This document shows positions 12,504 through 26,445 of a stretch of 64,000 nt of DNA, one piece after another. Source of the stretch: Octopus vulgaris (taxonomy: Eukaryota); the NCBI GenBank assembly GCA_951406725.2, contig OX597814.1:188046001-188110000 (forward strand). The letters run 5' to 3'. The number at the start of each line of letters is the position of its first letter. The stretch's first letter is position 1. The notes below the pieces were generated by a model. The model saw nothing but the letters and a program-made list of their open reading frames with translations. It did not search any database and was not told the origin of the DNA. Position numbers and translations under genes: made by a program.

Positions 12504-12992
12504 CAAACGTATATGTATGTGCATATATATACAACGGCTCACACATACAGTTAAGATGTTGCATTTAAAACTTTTTAAGCAGATGCAGTGCAATGATGTT
12601 TTTCTCTAAGTCTTGAGATTCATGTTTTCTGAAAGTTATCTTAGAAACATTACTTCAAGAGAGGAATCTTAAAGTAACACTGTTAATCTTAGCAAACAGA
12701 CAGCAATATCATATATATTACACCATATTCACAAGGCCGCCGTTTCAGTAATAACTTCATCATTTTCTTTATTGACTAAAGACATGCATTTCATTGTGCA
12801 ACTAATTCCCTTTAGGCTAGAGATTAATCGAGACACTATATCCCTGAATATTGTAGGAGTCTCATTTAAGGTTAAGCTCTTGCGGCAGAACTTAATCAGT
12901 TTAACACTACTAGCAGGGTGGCTTTGAGTGGAGTCCACCTAGCTATCAGCATTTGGATCAGGTCTCCAGTTTTAGGGTATAACTCAGTATGA

Positions 12993-13260
12993 TAATAATA
13001 ATAATATAATGAAATTATTGTATACAGTGCTCAGGTGCACCACAACTTGTCAGAAAGTGCATATAAAATACATGCAGTAATGTACAAATGTCTGGAAAGC
13101 GAACAATGTATGAGTCAGATACATGCTTGTGTGTATATGGAGGAGAGAAAATCAAGTGTAGTGTTGGCGAATCTCAGGAAGCATGGAAGTTTTGAAGGAT
13201 GCAGTGCTCCGACAACTAACAACCGATGCCGGCAGTTTGTTCCATGCTTCAGCAACGAAC
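12993..13260 (-). mobile_element. 3' end of CR1/L2-group LINE
   Basis: Minus-strand VAEAWNKLPASVVSCRSTASFKTSM (WNxLP...SFK C-terminal motif), then 3'UTR and (ATT)n tail. Confidence 0.75.
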
Positions 13261-13267
13261 TGCTTCA

Positions 13268-13320
<53 letters not shown>

Positions 13321-13323
<3 letters not shown>

Positions 13324-13524
13324 GTGACCGCATGTGTATCGGCGAGTTTTCTTCCTCCGTCTTACCTTCCTTAGATCTTCCCTTTTTCTATGTTTCTGAC
13401 GAAGAGCTCCGCTCGAAACGTTAAGTACTCCTTCTTTCCTTCCTTTCATGAGCGTCCAATAACACTATACTTGTTCCACGTCCTCGCGTTGTTGTGTTTT
13501 CTCTTAGTTCATGTTTGGATTAAC
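13321..13524 (+). mobile_element. Short element related to H2 with canonical-core minimal hammerhead (13391-13427)
   Basis: gtttCTGACGAa-gagc-tcc-gctc-GAAACGTTaag; TA runs on both sides. Confidence 0.7.
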
Positions 13525-13539
13525 TATATATATATATAT

Positions 13540-13690
13540 GCTAATATGTAATTAATGATGTTGAACAAATGAGAAGGGAGTGCTCAATATATGCTACAGA
13601 GAATATGGTGTTTTAAAAATTAAGCCTGATGCTGAGAGTTTGTTTCGCGACTCGAGTTTCCCGCCAGCGCGATCATCAGACGAAACCGGA
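13540..13690 (-). mobile_element. Hammerhead-headed short element (family H1)
   Basis: Minus-strand body ccatattctctgtagcatatattgagcactcccttctcatttgttcaacat aligns by eye with gcatattactctacc...tttgagtactcttttttccaccttgtttcacat (5709-5764); ends in (TA)n. Confidence 0.65.
13642..13686 (-). ncRNA. Type I hammerhead ribozyme, intact catalytic core
   Basis: Minus strand GUUUCGU CUGAUGA UCGC-gcug-GCGG GAA ACUCGAGU C GCGAAAC: 7-bp stem I, canonical core, 4-bp stem II, palindromic stem III, GUC site. Confidence 0.8.
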
Positions 13691-13697
13691 TGAGTTA

Positions 13698-13956
<259 letters not shown>

Positions 13957-14447
13957 ATGCATATATGCACGTGTATACACACACGCATATATATGTATAT
14001 ATGTGTATATACGTGTGTGTATATTTATATGTGTGTATGCAAACACACACACACACACATATATATATGTATGTATGCACACATATGCACACGCAAACTC
14101 TCATACATACACACATATAATTACCTTTACATCTATATACATATGTGCATGTGTGTAAAGAAAAAGTTGGTGAAACTACTGAAAACAACATTCTCCTGTC
14201 TAGTGATGCTCTAAAAATGTGTTAATTCATGTTCTTCTTTATTTCGATTTCATGTTTGTCTTTCTTCCTTCCAGTCTTATTCATGCAAGAAAGAACATAA
14301 GATACATTTCATATAAAAAAAAAACTCAATGGTTGGTAATTCTTCTGCTGAATTTATTGAGTGATTTCATTGCGTTTAAGTGTGTATGTTTATATGTGAG
14401 TACGTGTATGTGCATGTAAACAGATATACGTTCTTATATATATATAT

Positions 14448-15036
<589 letters not shown>

Positions 15037-15974
15037 GTTTTATCACATGTTATCAAGCAGCTTTTCTCTATTAAAGAGAATATTTAAAGTTGTAAATTTC
15101 CGTTGGGCTTACTCGCAGTGTCTCCATTAAAACTTATTTGAGCCATGTATGATGCACACTCTTATGTGCGTGTGTGTTGTGTCTATCAGAGCACCTTAAG
15201 AGCGCTACTGGTAACATAGTTATTTTGGACACCTTGAAGGATGAAAAGCAGAATCTGTCAAAGGCCGGATGAATACAGGTTAGTCACTGGCATTCAAATA
15301 ATGCATTCATATGCGTATTAAATATGTGTGCATGGTTAGCAGCAAGTTCTACCCTACTGGTTTGGAATGACTGGAGCAGACCAGTAAGAGCAAGTAGTGC
15401 ATCTTGCAACAATATCGTAAAACATCTGATGTGACATTTTATGGCCTCCATGCCATAAAGTTAGATGGCATCGTGAGATTCGGTGAGTCCTTCAGCCATT
15501 TTGGCAAAATCCAGTATTCTCATACAGGCTCAGTTGTCTTGATTTACCTTACCACAAGGCTTATTGTACAAAAACTGGTGAGTGAGTCTGACGCATTAGC
15601 AGCTCTTTCTCACGTACTGGCTTTTCTCTGGCTTTTGTGTCTTCTGTGTAAGGCGACGAGGCACTGATTGATAGACGTGTAGCAAAGACTGAAATAATCT
15701 TATTTTGGAGGTTGAGGTATTCCGCACATCTGCGGAAACGACACACCAGTAGTTCCTTAGTTTCATGGACAATGAAAATATTGTATACGTGGGAAAAGTC
15801 ATAGCTCTCTCTCTCCACTACTTCTACCCCATTACATGACTGCGTTGAAGTACTACGAAGTCATTCAAAGTTTTTATTGATTACTCATAACTGAAGATTC
15901 TTAGAGCCACAAATGAGGATCGGATCTTTCATTATTGTGGTCGGGATATCACACATTTACGACAATGAAATACC

Positions 15975-16208
15975 TATTTCTTTACTACCCACAAGGGGCT
16001 AAACACAGAGAGGACAAACAAGGAAAGACAAACGGATTAAGTCGATTATATCGACCCTAGTGCGTAACTAGTACTTATTTAATCGACCCCGAAAGGATGA
16101 AAGGCAAAGTTGACCTCGGCAGAATTTGAACTCAGAACTTGGCGGCAGTCGAAACACTGCTAAGCATTTCGCCCGGCGTGCTAACGATTCTGCCAGCTCG
16201 CCGCCTTC
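15975..16208 (-). mobile_element. SINE family A (long-tail form), full length with TSD
   Basis: aatgaaatacc duplicated at 15964-74 and 16210-20. Confidence 0.9.
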
Positions 16209-16433
16209 TAATGAAATACCGCTACTTCTGTAGCTTCAAACGTAGCGGAGGGGTAGTGTAAACGGGAACAGATGTATTTCTCCGCTGCGCAGCCTGGAAG
16301 CGCTCCTGGTAAAATGCTATGTTGTCGAAGTCCTTGTCTTCATTGATTACCAAATGGACGAACTTGTTAATTTAGGCTATCGTACTTTTTTTTTTGCATT
16401 ATTCCTTTGTCTCAATTTCGTTTACTTCTCTAA

Positions 16434-16832
16434 TCTATATATATAAAAGTCAAGTTGTGTGAGTGTCTGTCTCCTACGATTTAGATTCCTAACTACTCCC
16501 ACATTTTGCGGTGCAGTTTAACCAAAACCGGGTATCTTATAGTCGTGATTCATATCGAGCCCTTCTGGGTATTAGCGCGCGTCTACGATGAGTCTACGAT
16601 TTTAAAAATAATTTACCATCATTTTTTTCCATTTTAATGCATTTTTCGCTATTATATAAGGGAAGTAACTCTCTAAAAATGTCTACGATGAGTCAACGAT
16701 TTAAAAAAAAATTTACCATCATTTTTTTTCCATTTTTAATGCATTTTTTGCTATTTTTTGGCTATAACTCTCTAAAAATGCTTTATAGTTATTTCCCTTA
16801 CAAAACCGTGCAACGCCGGGCGATACTGTTAG
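16434..16832 (+). mobile_element. Non-autonomous Helitron-like element
   Basis: A|TC 5' end, 3' GC-rich hairpin ccgtgcaacgccggg then TTAG|T (CTAG in other copies); internal tandem duplication of about 100 bp; no TSD. Confidence 0.8.
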
Positions 16833-16930
16833 TTATTTATAAAATTGATTAATTAACCAATGATTAATATATTTTCTGCACCTGGTAGGTCATTGTCAAA
16901 TTTGACGAACGACTTGTCATATCATATATG

Positions 16931-17058
<128 letters not shown>

Positions 17059-17202
17059 TAAGTACATATATTAAGGACTTATGTTCGAGCACTAAACACT
17101 CTTACTCACTCCTCGATATCAGTGTGTCTACATTTGTATGTATGTGTTTTCGCACACGCGTGCATAGAGAGAAGGAGAGAGAGCGAGAGATAGGGAGAAA
17201 GG

Positions 17203-17244
<42 letters not shown>

Positions 17245-17714
17245 TTCACTTATAGGTGAGAAATGTACCGTGGTCTGATATATTTAATGCTGACATACAA
17301 TCACCTGAATTTAACATGCTTTGAGTCATTGAGTCAAGGTTGTTATCAATTATACAGGTAAAAACAGACACTGACCGAAGTAAAAATAGACTATCTCCTT
17401 CCCACTCACTCAAACACATGCACATTCGCCATATACAACCTCTTCATACATGCGCTCATATATATAAATGCACACATATATTTATGTCTTTGTGGTGTGT
17501 ATGTATATTTGTGTGTGTGTATGTGTTTGAGTGTGTGTGTGTTTGTGTGTGTGTGTTTTTGTATGTGTGTATTAGAGTGTGTTAAAGCGTGCTATAAACA
17601 GAAATGGTTTCTAAATGTGACAGAGAATTCTTTCTGATCTTATAATGATTTGAAATTTGGAAGTCATTATTTAATTAGTGGGTTTGTAACGGTAAATCCA
17701 ATAGGTAGAAGGGT

Positions 17715-17762
<48 letters not shown>

Positions 17763-18169
17763 ATACAAATGGCAACTACAACAACAGTAACAAACAAGCA
17801 AGAAGTAACTGTAAACAGTAAAATGGTGTTAACGTATTAACAGAAGATAAAATTTCAATTGCACGGTTCAGCCAACTATTTGTGCGTGGGAGAGAGAGAG
17901 AGAGATAGAGATAGATAGAGAAGGAGAAGGAGAGAGAGAGAGGGAGAGAGAAACCCTACAATTATGGAACAAATTTAGAAGCTAAGGAACGAGAAGATTA
18001 ACAATTTCAAAGCCACACTAGATTACTCCATATATCCTATTCTCATATTCTCTATTCTTTGTTTTGTGTTTTTATCTTCAATCTCACTTTAGTCCTTCAC
18101 CTTTTCCCATTCTCGTTCGATATTAAATAAGGCATATTGAAACTGAGTTCGAATTCCAATCCCGAAGTA

Positions 18170-18335
18170 GGCGCAGGAGTGGCTGTGTGGTAAGTAGCTT
18201 GCTTACCAACCACTTGGTTCTGGGTTCAGTCCCACAGCGTGGCACCTTGGGCAAGTGTCATCTACTATAGCCTCGGGCCGACCAAAGCCCTTGTGAGTGG
18301 ATTTGGTAGACGGAAACTGAAAGAAGCCAGTCGTA

Positions 18336-18428
<93 letters not shown>

Positions 18429-18643
18429 ATATGTTTGTATGTCTGTGTTTGTCCCCCCAACATCGCTTGACACCCGATGCTGGTGTGTTTACGTCCCCGT
18501 AACTTAGCGGTTCGACAAAAGGTACCGATAGAATAAGTACTATGCTTCCAAAGAATAAGTCCCGGGGTCGATTTGCTCGACTAAAGGCGATGCTCCAGCA
18601 TAGCCGCAGTCAAATGACTGAAACAAGTAAAAGAGTAAGAGTA
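18170..18643 (+). mobile_element. SINE family B, full length with expanded internal (TA)n
   Basis: Same head, body and tail as the 6658 copy. Confidence 0.9.
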
Positions 18644-18692
18644 TTGCCTTTCGTCCTTTCGGTTGTCGATAAAATAAAATGCTAGACAAGTA

Positions 18693-18993
18693 CAGTGGAA
18701 CCTCGGTTAACGACCACGTCTCATCACGAACAAATCGGTTTACGAATAATTTTTCGAACATAAAACGTCTCGGGTAACGAACACGCAAGCCAGCAATAAC
18801 AGTTGGCGAGAAGCTGGAGTATCAGAAAGGAGAGCATCAGTGGCTGTCTAGCTTTAGCCCAGTGCACATCCTTGCTTGAATCCACTGCGTTTTCTCTTGA
18901 ATTTCCTATAGGAAAAACGGTTTCGGTTTACGAACATATGATGTTGCAAACGGCCTTCGGGAATGAATTAAAATCATCAATGCATTTCCAATG
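18693..18993. mobile_element. pogo/Tigger-like MITE inserted in a SINE A remnant
   Basis: ta|cagtggaacctcggtt ... ttccaatg|ta. Confidence 0.72.
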
Positions 18994-19239
18994 TATTATG
19001 GTCGATTTAACTGACTGTGTCCTTTCACCCGGATACTGAGACTGTTAGAAATTAATATTATATTTTCTGTGTTGTTTATGGTTTGAAAAATCCATTAATA
19101 TGTGTCCTTTCTTATATAAAAAGAAATCTATGAAAAATATGTTTAAGACCAAGAAAGCTAACGTCAGAAGACTTTAGCAATATCTATAGAGCCAACGATT
19201 GTTAGTTGTAGGAAGATTCTTATTTCATTGTTGTAGGTA

Positions 19240-19370
19240 ATCTGAAAATGTTTGTATGTCATTCTATTTGTACCAATTAAGGATGTGATGAATATCACAT
19301 TACTTATTTGCCGTATTGTCTTTAATTCCACTGCTAGGTCTGTGTAATTTCTTACCCTTTCATCAAGTTT
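19240..19370 (-). mobile_element. Degenerate REL-type LINE fragment
   Basis: ERVRNYTDLAVELKTIRQISNVIFITSLIG resembles the K..KY.DLA.EL...V..IP.VIGALG segment. Confidence 0.45.
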
Positions 19371-20163
19371 CTAGTCATTTGATAACAATAAAAATTACTA
19401 TATAGGCGCTAAATTCAATGGAATGACAGTCGGCTTGCAACGTCAATATGTTACATTATGGCTTTTTACGCTTTTAGTTAAAATCCCAGTAGGATCAACT
19501 TCGCCTTTTCTCCTTTCTGATCAGTTAAAATAAAGGGGTCGTCTATTTGAGAGTTTTCTTCGCTGGAATATATTACTTTGTTCCCTTGTTACAAATCTAC
19601 CTCTTCTTTTTCTTTATTCTTCACATGTCATTGTGGGAGGAATTACGAATTTATAGAGATAGTTACGCCGCCTTCCTTTTAGTAACGAAAGGAAGACTAT
19701 GTTTCTCGCTGAAGTGAAAGAGGGGTGAAACGCTTGTGACCCTGAGATATCTTCCGAAGGGTTTCCAACATTGTGATGAACTAAGAAGAAAAGTTGCAAA
19801 ACTTCTAAGTAGCCCCTGCAGTTTCCGTGTGGGGTAAATAAATTGTCTTCGATGCTCCTTTTACTTGATAGATAAGATTCAGGGGCTGTGGATAAGTCAT
19901 TCACTGTCAGACTAAACCTCTATCGGTTTTTATCAAGTAAAGAGGATATCAAAAATTTCTGGAAGATCGTTGAGAGCCAAAAGTATGGGCTGGATGAATG
20001 GGTCTCTCCTAGCACGAAGCTGTAGACCGGAGATCACAACTATGAGCCGTTTATTGCTCATGGAGGTTAGTGTAATCTCGCACCTCTAAGGATTCCCTCA
20101 TTTATCGTAGGTGTCTATTCTCTCACTGGAACAATTTCATTTGTTATCTATACTGTTGTCTTC

Positions 20164-20578
20164 ACGCCTGTTATTCATATTCGTCTGTCAAACCTGTCAT
20201 ATAACGATTAGTTTTCCTTGACATAACCACATCATTCACCGCCTTTTTTTACAAAGAAATCCTCCTCCTTTTCCTCCATCTCCTCTTCTTCTTCATCATC
20301 ATCATCATCATCATCATCACCATCCTTGATACCTCGCCACAACTAGTTTCCTTAGATAACGGCGCCCTCACGCCTGTTATTCATTTTCGCCTGTTAAAAC
20401 CTGTCATATAATGATTATTTTTTCCTTGACATAACCACATCATTCATCGCCTTTCTTACAAAGAAATCATTCTCCTCCACCTCCTCCTCCCCCACCTCCT
20501 CCTCCTCTTCTTCTTTATCATCATCATCATCATCCTTGATACCTAGCCACAACTAGTTTCCTTAGATATCGGCGCCCT
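20164..20578. repeat. Tandem duplication of a unit of about 205 bp (2 copies)
   Basis: cacgcctgttattcat...aactagtttccttagata.cggcgccct repeated; adjoins a degenerate REL fragment (20580-20705, minus). Confidence 0.85.
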
Positions 20579-20759
20579 TTCGAACAGGTTTCTGTATTAA
20601 TGCAATTTTCGTAGTCACTCCCATCTCGTTAAAGAAACTACCAAGACTCATGGCAACAGTACCAAAGGCACATATAACTCCTGGAATAGATTTTGTAGAA
20701 ACCCTCTACCCGTCTTCGCATTTTACTTGTTAAATGTCATTATTATTATTATTATTATT

Positions 20760-21343
<584 letters not shown>

Positions 21344-21789
21344 TCTTCGATAGTTTCATGCGGGTTTCTACCGCACCACCCGGTGCACCTCTGTGTTCCT
21401 GAGGCGCGAGCAGCATTGGGAGTTCTTATTTTCGCGGGTGGTGGGTAGTTTGGAGGTGTACAGACTCCTCCTGTTAGTGTACTGTATCAGTTTGTTTTGT
21501 TATGAGGTTTAGCTTGTTGATTCTTGTGTTATATTAGTGTTTGTTTCGTTGTATTTAATGTGTGTGTAATGTGAGTTGTGTTATTTCATTGGAAATTAAT
21601 CTTGTAGAGTAAGTGTTACATGCGTTGTGTTGCTTTTTTTTATTATGTGCCTATTGTATAAGGTGTGTGTATTGTGTGTCAAAAATTGTTTTTTTTTTTA
21701 TCTGGGCCATTGGATCAATAATAATTTGTACAGAGTATGAGTCGTTTCCAGCAGAGCTATTTTTGGGGGAGTGTCTAGTACTATGATTC

Positions 21790-22075
21790 CTAATATGGTG
21801 TCTATGTTTTAGGTAATATTTCTTTTATCATACCTAATGCTTTAGTTATTATTAATAAGGCCTTCACCTTCATACTACAATTCTCGAATATTTCGATTTC
21901 ATGATCCTTGTAATTTGATAGTTTTTCCATTATTTTTAGGGCAATATTTTGGTCAGAGGGGACTGCAATATCTAGCAGTGTGCACGTGTCTTTTTCCCAT
22001 TCTTTGTTTATTATGCCTAAATAACTTGCCTTGACCCCTTTTGCAGTTTTAACGGGTATATCCCAGTTGATTGTT
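21790..22075 (-). mobile_element. Degenerate R4/Dong-like REL domain
   Basis: INWDIPVKT...CTLLDIAVP / DQNIALKIMEKLSNYKDHEIEI...ALGMIK with a frameshift. Confidence 0.65.
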
Positions 22076-22149
22076 GGCAGGATGATTATTATGTACTGTA
22101 TTTAGCTTTTAGTCCCAAGAAAAAATTTTCTAGAGCTAGTTACTTTCCT

Positions 22150-22184
<35 letters not shown>

Positions 22185-22187
<3 letters not shown>

Positions 22188-22294
22188 CTGCTCGCTTAGC
22201 CAGCGGGGTGGCGTCATTCCAAGGTTAAAACAATGCGAACGCATTGTGACCAGCGATGTGTAACAACATCTGATGGTCTGGTCGGTCACGTGAT

Positions 22295-22301
<7 letters not shown>
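22185..22301. mobile_element. Short structured element embedded in (TA)n
   Basis: Hairpins acaatgcg/cgcattgt and gaccag/ctggtc; terminal palindrome tcacgtgatcacgtga; TA on both sides. Confidence 0.5.
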
Positions 22302-22372
<71 letters not shown>

Positions 22373-22964
22373 CGAGAGATAGAGAGAGAGTGTGTATGTA
22401 TCATATACGTACATAAATACATTCAAGGATACGTGTCCATGAAACATCTTGTAAGTATATTTACATAGCTAAAACATCCCCTTTAACGCAATTTAACGTA
22501 AATACGAGAAAGTGCATTTTCTACAGCTTATTAGATAGATGACTATATAAAATTATAAGTCTATGAAAATTAAGAGGAAAATAGTCATTTGATAAAGAAT
22601 CAATTGTGTGTGTATAATGCAATTTGACTTCTATTACTCTGAACTGTATTTTAAAGCGGTTTTTCCACATATCTCACAGGCAACATCATTTTTATTTCGA
22701 AGTCGTTTTTGTTGTCCTTGTTATTCGTTTTCTTGTCGATTATACATGCTTGTCTCCTTCTCTTTTGTGTCTGTCATAATCAGTCGGAAAGTTATTCTCT
22801 CGCCTACGATAATTACCGTTTTTAATGCACTAAACAATCCTACTTAGTAGTTAGGTGGCGCTGTCTGACATTGCTTACAGTCTGCCCTCATCGTAAGGAG
22901 TCAAACGAATTCATTTAAGAAGTCTAACCTTTGCGTTTATTATTATTATTATTATTACTATTAC

Positions 22965-22999
<35 letters not shown>

Positions 23000-23001
<2 letters not shown>

Positions 23002-23148
23002 TAGTTTTATTTTTATAGCGTACTTTCACTTCACTACCGAGCGCAGCTCTGTGTGCCTTGGGTATGTGCTGTGATTTGTTGTGATGCTCTGATGGTTATT
23101 GTATGGAAAGTGTTCTGCGTAGGATGTGTGCAGTGCCTAGTAGTGCAA
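23000..23148 (-). mobile_element. 3' tip of a second R4/Dong-like subfamily in ATT repeats
   Basis: IALLGTAHILRRTLSIQ* plus a distinct 3'UTR; ATT on both sides. Confidence 0.7.
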
Positions 23149-23211
23149 TTATTATTATTATTATTATTGTTATTATTATTATCATCATCATCATCATCAT
23201 CATTATTATCA

Positions 23212-23429
23212 AGGCAGCGAATTGACAGAATCGTTAGCATGCCGGATGATAAAATGCTTATCAGCATTTCGTCCATCTCTACGTTCTGAGTTCGAATTCC
23301 GCCGAGTTCGACTTTGCTTTTTATCTTTTCGGCGTCAATAAAATAAGTACCAGTCATGTACTGGGGCTGATGAAATCGGCTTGACGGCTCCCCTGAAAAA
23401 TTTCAGGATTTGTGCCTATAGTAGAATGG

Positions 23430-23430
<1 letters not shown>
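23212..23430 (+). mobile_element. SINE family A (short-tail form)
   Basis: Head, B box, body and ...tttcagg.ttgtgcctatagtagaa tail. Confidence 0.85.
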
Positions 23431-23507
<77 letters not shown>

Positions 23508-23508
<1 letters not shown>

Positions 23509-23860
23509 TGCACAATATCTGCAACATAAAATGGCAAGGTAAGATATCAAATTCCAAAATCTTAGCAAAATGTTATATCTCCAGTATCCAAAACATGCTG
23601 ATGAGAATTCAGTGCGGATTGGTAGGACATGTTGTTGGAATGAAAAATGACCGCATTCCAAAATTTTTTTTTTTTTTGTATGGCCAACAAGTGGAGGGAT
23701 ATTGCAATAATGGAAAAGCTGTCCTTACGTGTAAGGATTAAGCTGAAGCTATCAGCTAATATCTCTACAGCTTAACTTGATATCTTGGGAAAACCATTGC
23801 TTGGTTCAATCTGCATGGCGTAAAATGTGTCACGACGCATCCAAACAATTTGAGTGGAAA
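23508..23860 (+). mobile_element. Degenerate RTE-clade LINE C-terminal fragment
   Basis: IKWQGKISNSKIL...LVGHVVGMKNDRIPK...LYG resembles RTE I.WQD.I.N.EVL...WLGHV.RM.D.R.PK..LYG. Confidence 0.75.
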
Positions 23861-24260
23861 AAAAAAACAGAACAATTAAAGAATTATATCCTGCAGACAA
23901 CAGACACATTTGCCCAATTCCAGACAAAATCAAAACCATGTTTCCCTATTGTGACTTCATAGCAAAATCCATACCTGGACTTAAATTACATTCACGCATC
24001 ATTCATCGCAAATAAATGCAGCCTCTTTTCTTCTTTTCTTTTTAAAAGTTGTTTTCTGTTTCTTCCACTGTTTTTAAAACTTTAAATCCTCTCCCTCAAA
24101 CACTCATACGTCGAAACCGATGGGAGCGACCATCGTAAAAAGCCCTTTTAGATATCACTTGTTAAGGAACGTAAACTAACCAACACCGGATGTCAAGCGG
24201 TGATTGGGGAGAAACCCAAAGACATACACATACACACATACATACATATGTATGTATCTA

Positions 24261-24826
24261 CTGGGTTGTCTGGAAAGTTCGTGCCGATTTTTAAAGGAAA
24301 GAAAAAGGTCTATAAATACTTGCCATTACATTTTTAATCAACCAAATATGAACCATTTTGTTGCACAATGCGTCTCCATCTCTCCTTTAACTTGAAATTA
24401 CCCTCTTTCCAGAATTGAGGTGGTTTCATGGCAAATAATTCATCAAGGTATCTTTTTACGTCATCCAAAGAATTGGAATTTTTACCATTAAGACTATTCT
24501 GCAGAGACCTGAATAAGTGGAAATTCGAAGAGGCAATATCTGGTGAATATGGAAGGTGGGGTAACACATCCCAGCCGAGCTGCAGCAATTTTTGTCTGAT
24601 TCCCAAAGCATCAAGTGCCGAAAATGAACTTTCTTATCTTCCATTTTAAAGGGTTACAGAATTAACACAGGTTATAGGAACATAAACCTTCTTCCACGAA
24701 AAGATAGCTTAAGCTGTGTTCTAAATGGAGGTGTAGTCAAATCCTATTTTATGGACTCAACCATGTTCTAAAATAAGTCGAAACTTAAGCTACTATAAAT
24801 CGGCATGAACTTTCCGGACAACCCAA
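24261..24826 (-). mobile_element. Internally deleted mariner transposon
   Basis: TIRs ctgggttgtctggaaagttcgtgccgattt / aaatcggcatgaactttccggacaacccaa; TA on both sides; N-terminus MEDKKVHFRHLML joined to C-terminal LGWDVLPHLPYSPDIASSNFHLFRSL. Confidence 0.92.
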
Positions 24827-24930
24827 TATTATATCTTGATAAAGCAGCGAGCTGGCAGAACCAATAAACATCAAACATTAATAATAACAAAGTTACTGAA
24901 ACATTTCTTTAACAATAATTAGTCCTATTA

Positions 24931-25146
24931 GGGCAGCGAGCTGGCAGAATCGTTAGCACGCCAGGCAAAATGTCACGCAGCATTTCATCCTTCTTTACGT
25001 TCTGAGTTCAAATTCTGCCGAGGTCCACTTTGCCTTTCATTCTTTTGGGGTCGATAAATTAAGTAACAGTGAAACACTGGGGGCGATGTAATCGACTTAT
25101 CCCCTCCCCCAAATTTCAGGCCTTGTGCTTGTAATAGAAAGGATTA
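24931..25146 (+). mobile_element. SINE family A (short-tail form)
   Basis: ggcagcgagctggcagaatcgttagcacg...ggccttgtgcttgtaatagaaagg. Confidence 0.88.
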
Positions 25147-25157
25147 TTATATTTTAA

Positions 25158-25452
25158 CTAGCAGTATCGCCCGGCGTTGCTCGGGTTTGTAAGGGAAATA
25201 ACTATATAAGCATTTTTAGAGAGTTATAGCCAAAAAATAGCAAAAAATGCATTAAAAATGGAAAAAAATGATGGTAATTTTTTTTTTAAATCGTAGACTC
25301 ATCGTAGACGCGCGCTAATACCCAGAAGGGCACGATATGAATCACGACTATAAGATACCCGGTTTTGGTTAAACTGCACCGCAAAATGTGGGAGTAGTTA
25401 GGAATGTAAATCGTAGGAGACAGACACACAACTTCTCTTTTATATATAAAGA
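25158..25452 (-). mobile_element. Non-autonomous Helitron-like element
   Basis: Reverse complement of the 16434 element; CTAG end at 25158, TC start at 25452, A|T target. Confidence 0.82.
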
Positions 25453-26024
25453 TATTTTATATTTTGATACTTTTACTATGATGTTATTTACATGGTATTT
25501 TATTTTAATTTGTGTGTGTGTGTGTGTGTGTGTGCGTGTCCTTCTCTCTATCTCTTTCTATATTTTTCACAGGAGATCTAAAATATCTGCATCACTTTGC
25601 TAATATCAGGATTTCGTAAAGTATCGATGAAACTGTGCAAGGAACAGAAAAATAACCACATGTCCAAGAGAGTCTGATACGACCAAGGATCTACAAAGTT
25701 CAGGGGCCGAAAATGATTACATACTTAAACTTTAAATAATCACATGTAATCCGTGTATTCGTGATGAGGGAAACGCGTGGTGCCATGGAAACATGGATAG
25801 ACGAGATAGAAGAGAATAATTCGCTAATTCAGCAACCAACCAACCAACCAACCAACCAACCAGCCAAAATATCTATGAAGTGAATCACTGAAACTACGGT
25901 AATCGCAAATTGCAAACCAAAACTTAGCACAAAGAACAGAAAAACGAAACATACAAATTTCCCATAATTGAAAGAAATATAGAACTGATAGCAATATCTA
26001 AAATCCGGTGGTAACGTTGTTATT

Positions 26025-26258
26025 AGGCGGCGAGCTGGCAGAAACGTTAGCACGTCGGGCGAAATGCTTAGCGGTATTTCGTCTGCCGTTACGTTGTGAG
26101 TTCAAATTCCGCCGAGGTCGACTTTACCTTTCATCCTTTCGGGGTCGATAAATTAAGTACCAGTTACGCACTGGGGTCGATGTAATCGACTTAATACCTA
26201 TGTCTGTCCTTGTTTGTCCTTTCTATGTTTAGCCCCTTGTGGGTAATAAAGAAATGGG
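26025..26258 (+). mobile_element. SINE family A (long-tail form)
   Basis: Full head to gggtaataaagaaat; flanked by acgttgttatta repeats (TSD-like). Confidence 0.9.
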
Positions 26259-26271
26259 TGACGTTGTTATT

Positions 26272-26445
26272 ATCAACAGACCTGATATAATGATTTGGGA
26301 TAGAGAAGAGAAACTGTGCACAGATGCGGAAATTAGCTGCCCAGCGGGTGTTAACATAAAGCTGAAGATCAGTGAAAAAGAGAATACCTATGCTGAACTA
26401 TTGAGAAATCTGAAGTTACTCTATCCAGATAACAAGTTCAGGTAT
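26272..26445 (+). mobile_element. REL-endonuclease fragment of a non-LTR element, interrupted by a SINE
   Basis: NRPDIMIWDREEKLCTDAEISCP...EKENTYAELLRNL (RPD..E..K..Y); PVITG resumes after the SINE; homologous to 62116-62390. Confidence 0.8.

Noticed and set aside
15553-15687. Minus-strand segment bounded by ag/gt
   Set aside because: Stops in all three frames
19851-19951. Imperfect 22-bp inverted repeat as a pre-miRNA
   Set aside because: Loop of about 55 nt is too long and pairing is modest
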